A stretch of DNA of 64,000 nt, taken from Candidatus Fraserbacteria bacterium (lineage in GTDB: Bacteria; Bipolaricaulota; Bipolaricaulia; RBG-16-55-9; DRXL01). The first letter of the stretch is position 1; every line of letters starts with the position of its first letter. The notes under the pieces are model-generated. The model saw nothing but the letters and a program-made list of their open reading frames with translations. It had not been told where the DNA came from and ran no database searches. The stretch spans positions 160,001 to 224,000 of the forward strand of contig CAMTVK010000002.1 in the NCBI GenBank assembly GCA_947085185.1, written 5' to 3'. Made by a program: the position numbers and the translations under genes. This document shows, in pieces, positions 60,417-64,000 of the stretch.

Positions 60417-63032
60417 ATGCCAAGGATCGCTCAGTATAACTTCAAGAAGATCGAAAAGCGCTGGAAGGACTTCTGGGATCGCTTCTTCAAGGTAGACACC
60501 CACACCCCCGGCAAGAAGTTCTATTATCTCAATATGTTCCCCTATCCGTCCGGGGTGCTCCACGTGGGGCACGGCAGAAACTATATTATCGGAGACGCGT
60601 TCGCCCGCTACAAGAAGATGCAGGGCTTCACCGTGCTCAATCCCATGGGGTTCGACGCGTTCGGGCTGCCCGCAGAGAACGCAGCTATCGAGAACAAGAC
60701 CCATCCCAGAGACTGGACCATCGCCAATATCGAAGGCATGAAGAGACAATTCCGGGAGTGGGGCATCGTCTACGACTGGGACAGGGAGATCCGCACCTGC
60801 GAGCCCGACTATTATAAATGGAACCAATGGTTCTTCTTGCAGTTTTATAAGAGAGGGCTGGCGTATCGGGCTGCGGCTGTAGCCAATTGGTGCCCAGGAT
60901 GTCAGACTGTCCTTGCCAATGAACAAGTCATTGATGGCCGCTGCGAGCGCTGCGACTCCCCTGTAGAGAAGCGCAAGCTCACCCAGTGGTTCTTCAAGAT
61001 CACGCAGTATGCCGAGCAATTGCTCAGAGATTTGGAGAAGTTAGAGCACTGGCCGGAGCGGGTCAAGAAGATGCAGTATAACTGGATCGGGCGGAGCGAG
61101 GGCGTCGAGATCGACTTTGGCCTTGAGGGCTCCTCCCAAAGGCTAAAAGTCTTCACGACCCGGCCCGATACGATCTTCGGGGTGACGTTCATGGCGCTGG
61201 CGCCCGAGCATCCCTTGGTGGAAGAGTTTCTCGCGCAAGCGTCCGATCCCGCCTTTCGGGCACAGATGGAAGCGTTCGTGCAGCGCGCCTTGCAACAGGG
61301 GGAGATCACGCGCGGCGCTGTCTCCGTCGAGAAAGAGGGATTCTTCACGGGACGCTATGCGATCAACCCCATCAATAACGAAAGAGTCCCCATCTATATC
61401 GCAAATTATGTGCTGATGGAATACGGCACAGGGGCGATCATGGGAGTGCCGGCACATGACGCTCGGGATTTCGAGTTCGCCACAAAGTATGGACTCCAAA
61501 TCAGACGGGTCGTCGAGAGCTCCAATGCTCTCGACGAAGGCCGATGGGAATCTGAAGGGGGCGCGACCCGAGAAGCAAGCCAAAGCCCTCCGCCCCTGCC
61601 CTACGAAGGCTCAGGACGACTCATCAACTCTGGGGAGTTTACCGGGCTGACGAGCGCAGAAGCCTTCAGAAAGATCGGGGAGTTCTTAGAATCCCGTGGC
61701 CAAGGACGCTTCGCCGTGAAATATAAGCTCAGGGACTGGCTCATCTCGCGCCAGCGCTACTGGGGCACGCCTATCCCTATGATTCACTGCGAGCGCTGTG
61801 GGATCGTGCCCGTCCCCGAAAGCGAGCTGCCCGTCAAGCTCCCCGATGTGCCATTCATCGGCAAGAGCGGGCTGGCAGAGATCCCCGAGTTCTACCAGAC
61901 GACCTGCCCCCACTGTCAGGGTCCAGCAAGACGCGACACCGACACCATGGATACGTTCGTTGATTCGAGCTGGTATTTCTTGAGATTCATCTCGCCCCAT
62001 GAGAGAGAGCGCCCCTTCGATCCCGAAGCCGTGAACAGATGGCTCCCTGTGGATCAGTACGTAGGAGGGGTCGAGCACGCGATCTTGCACCTGCTTTATG
62101 CGCGCTTCTTCACAAAAGCGCTGCGCGATATGGGCTTGGTAAACTTCGACGAGCCGTTTGCGCGGCTCTTCACCCAGGGGATGATCGAGCACCTTGCGTA
62201 CCGATGCCCGCAGCACAACTGGATTCACCCCAGTGAAGTGCGAGAAGGCACGAAGTGCCCCCACTGCGGGCAAGAGCTTAAAGTCGACCTGCACAAGATG
62301 TCCAAGTCCAAGCGCAACACGATCTCCCCTCACGACGTGATCGCGCACTACGGGGCCGACACCGAGAGACTCTATACGCTGTTTATGGGGCCCCCTGAAA
62401 GAGACATCGAATGGACCGAGGAGGGCGTGCGCGGGAGCTTTCGCTTCTTGAATCGCGTCTGGAATCTCGTGCTCTCCCAAGCGCGCAAGCTGACAGACGC
62501 CGGAGAGCTCAACACAGCACAGTTCACCGAGCGCGACCGCAAAGTCTGGCAGAAGCTCCACCAGACGATCAAGTCCGTGACGGAAGACATCGAAAGCTTT
62601 CACCTCAATACAGCCGTCTCGGCGATCATGGAGCTCACCAATGAGCTGACCGACTACGTCACAGAGCAGCCCAAGAAGATCAACAAAGCTCTCGTGAAGC
62701 GGAGTTTGGAAGATCTTGTGCTGATCTTGTCGCCGTTTACGCCGTTCATTTGTGAGGAGCTCTGGCGGCGCTTGGGCCATGAAGACGCGATTGTAGACCA
62801 GCGATGGCCGACGTATGACCCTCAAGCGCTGCACGCGTCTGAGCGGGAGATCGTCATTCAGATCAACGGGAAAGTTCGGGATCGGCTCACGGTCCCGGGG
62901 AGTGTCAGCGAAGATCGTGCTGAGCTACAGAGGCGCGCTCTGGCGCAGATGCAACCACGGCTCGCAGGCAAGCAGATTCAAAAAGTCATCGTGGTGCCAG
63001 GGCGATTGGTGAACATCGTAGTCGGTGGCTAA
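60417..63032 (+). CDS. leuS: Leucine--tRNA ligase
   Basis: [53 protein letters not shown]. Confidence 0.98.
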   Translation: MPRIAQYNFKKIEKRWKDFWDRFFKVDTHTPGKKFYYLNMFPYPSGVLHVGHGRNYIIGDAFARYKKMQGFTVLNPMGFDAFGLPAENAAIENKTHPRDWTIANIEGMKRQFREWGIVYDWDREIRTCEPDYYKWNQWFFLQFYKRGLAYRAAAVANWCPGCQTVLANEQVIDGRCERCDSPVEKRKLTQWFFKITQYAEQLLRDLEKLEHWPERVKKMQYNWIGRSEGVEIDFGLEGSSQRLKVFTTRPDTIFGVTFMALAPEHPLVEEFLAQASDPAFRAQMEAFVQRALQQGEITRGAVSVEKEGFFTGRYAINPINNERVPIYIANYVLMEYGTGAIMGVPAHDARDFEFATKYGLQIRRVVESSNALDEGRWESEGGATREASQSPPPLPYEGSGRLINSGEFTGLTSAEAFRKIGEFLESRGQGRFAVKYKLRDWLISRQRYWGTPIPMIHCERCGIVPVPESELPVKLPDVPFIGKSGLAEIPEFYQTTCPHCQGPARRDTDTMDTFVDSSWYFLRFISPHERERPFDPEAVNRWLPVDQYVGGVEHAILHLLYARFFTKALRDMGLVNFDEPFARLFTQGMIEHLAYRCPQHNWIHPSEVREGTKCPHCGQELKVDLHKMSKSKRNTISPHDVIAHYGADTERLYTLFMGPPERDIEWTEEGVRGSFRFLNRVWNLVLSQARKLTDAGELNTAQFTERDRKVWQKLHQTIKSVTEDIESFHLNTAVSAIMELTNELTDYVTEQPKKINKALVKRSLEDLVLILSPFTPFICEELWRRLGHEDAIVDQRWPTYDPQALHASEREIVIQINGKVRDRLTVPGSVSEDRAELQRRALAQMQPRLAGKQIQKVIVVPGRLVNIVVGG

Positions 63033-63068
63033 AAAAAGGGGCTCGATCGGTCACCCCGACCGAGCCCC
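63031..63068 (-). terminator. Rho-independent terminator, possibly bidirectional
   Basis: GGGGCTCG..CGAGCCCC stem with a T7 run on the minus strand, between convergent genes. Confidence 0.7.
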
Positions 63069-63081
63069 CATCTCTTGAACT

Positions 63082-63999
63082 TTAGTTGTGCGACGCGAAC
63101 CCGAAGACACTCCCGAAGTTCACGACGCCTTGGATACAAACAGTCTTTCCGCCTCCTTGCACCAGAAGCACGAACGTGCCTAACGACGTGTAAGGGAGGC
63201 TCGCGGTGCTGAACGACCCGATAAACCCAATTGTGATACCCCCAAAGGAAGTGAATCGCTGGAACGAGAGCGCCGGCCCAAGGGACTGGACTTGTAAGGC
63301 GTTGAAGAACCACCCGGCGTCCTTGATCTGCATCACTCCAGGCAGGCTCACAATCGGAGCCCCACTGCCGATGGCGACATTGAACGGGAACTGGTTGGGC
63401 AGGCCCGAACAGGCCGCAGGCATCATGATGGGGAAGGGCCACGGGAACGGGAAGGGGAACGGGAACGGTCCAGGGAACGGCGAGAAGAACCAGCCCAAGA
63501 AGAACAGCAAGAGATTGAACGGCGTGAAGATCGGCGGTGTCGTCACAATGATGATGACCACGATCTGGCCCGTGAAGATGTCAATGAGCACGAAGATCGG
63601 GTCTTCGCCGATGGCCGTCAGATACTTGCCCGCGGGGATAGTGTACCCAGAGACGGTCGCGTTCTGGTTGAGCTGGAGCACCCCTGTGAAGATATAAGTA
63701 TTTTGGATCTGTTGGATGTTGATCTGTTGGGGTGCGGTGCTCAGTGGCGCGGCGTTCTGGCCCGGGGGGACCTGAGTGGCTTGGGCTTGAGCTAAGGCTT
63801 GAGCTAAGCCCGCTGCCTGGAGCTTCGCCATGATCTGCGCCGACATCTGGGCAAACTGAGCCGATCCCGGCGTGATCACTTGCTGGACGGTGAACCCTGG
63901 GGTCGGCTGGGCCGGCATGCAGTTAGGCGGCGTCCCGACATAACCTGGCGGACAGCTTGGCGGCTGCGGCTGACTGGGGACGACTTGCAGACTAGCGAC
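63082..63999 (-). CDS. Pro/Gln-rich hypothetical protein, 5' end outside the window
   Basis: Frame stays open to the window edge (..QPQPPSCPPGYVGTPPNCMP..); PFPFPFPWPFP tract. Confidence 0.75.
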   Translation of the reverse strand, partial: VASLQVVPSQPQPPSCPPGYVGTPPNCMPAQPTPGFTVQQVITPGSAQFAQMSAQIMAKLQAAGLAQALAQAQATQVPPGQNAAPLSTAPQQINIQQIQNTYIFTGVLQLNQNATVSGYTIPAGKYLTAIGEDPIFVLIDIFTGQIVVIIIVTTPPIFTPFNLLLFFLGWFFSPFPGPFPFPFPFPWPFPIMMPAACSGLPNQFPFNVAIGSGAPIVSLPGVMQIKDAGWFFNALQVQSLGPALSFQRFTSFGGITIGFIGSFSTASLPYTSLGTFVLLVQGGGKTVCIQGVVNFGSVFGFASHN

Positions 64000-64000
64000 A

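Noticed and set aside
61686..62834. 382-aa antisense ORF
   Set aside because: Shadow of leuS with no motifs

Overview
A GC-rich bacterial chromosomal window, about 55-60% GC by eye. Gene style is reminiscent of Ca. Bipolaricaulota/Acetothermia, but this is an unverified inference. Most of it is housekeeping and amino-acid/acyl-CoA metabolism: tRNA-Leu, pckA, gpsA, gcvT, lipB, tnaA, miaB, ispG, def-fmt, an isobutyryl-CoA-mutase-type pair, clpC-radA-disA-PNP, tricorn protease, a polar amino-acid ABC system, acnA, msrBA and leuS. Accessory parts are a PIN toxin-antitoxin pair, a three-gene polysaccharide operon (deacetylase-like, processive GT2, GH113-like), a stand-alone nuclease-DGQHR fusion, and a defence hotspot at 48-54.6 kb (R-M fusion + S subunit, HNH, Schlafen/AlbA-GHKL protein, REP-associated tyrosine transposase). 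The most notable observations are: (1) DisA has both catalytic motifs changed (DGA->DRA, RHR->RHL); (2) genes in the defence hotspot are stacked behind an identical 45-bp junction that supplies stop codon, RBS and ATG; (3) a promoter-driven ~190-nt structured RNA of no family I recognise lies at 10.27-10.46 kb; (4) a Leu-rich leaderless uORF, probably an attenuator, precedes leuS; (5) a REP palindrome is inserted in frame in radA; (6) a truncated integron attC-like site lies at 8.05 kb. All protein calls come from motif recognition by eye; no database searches were run.
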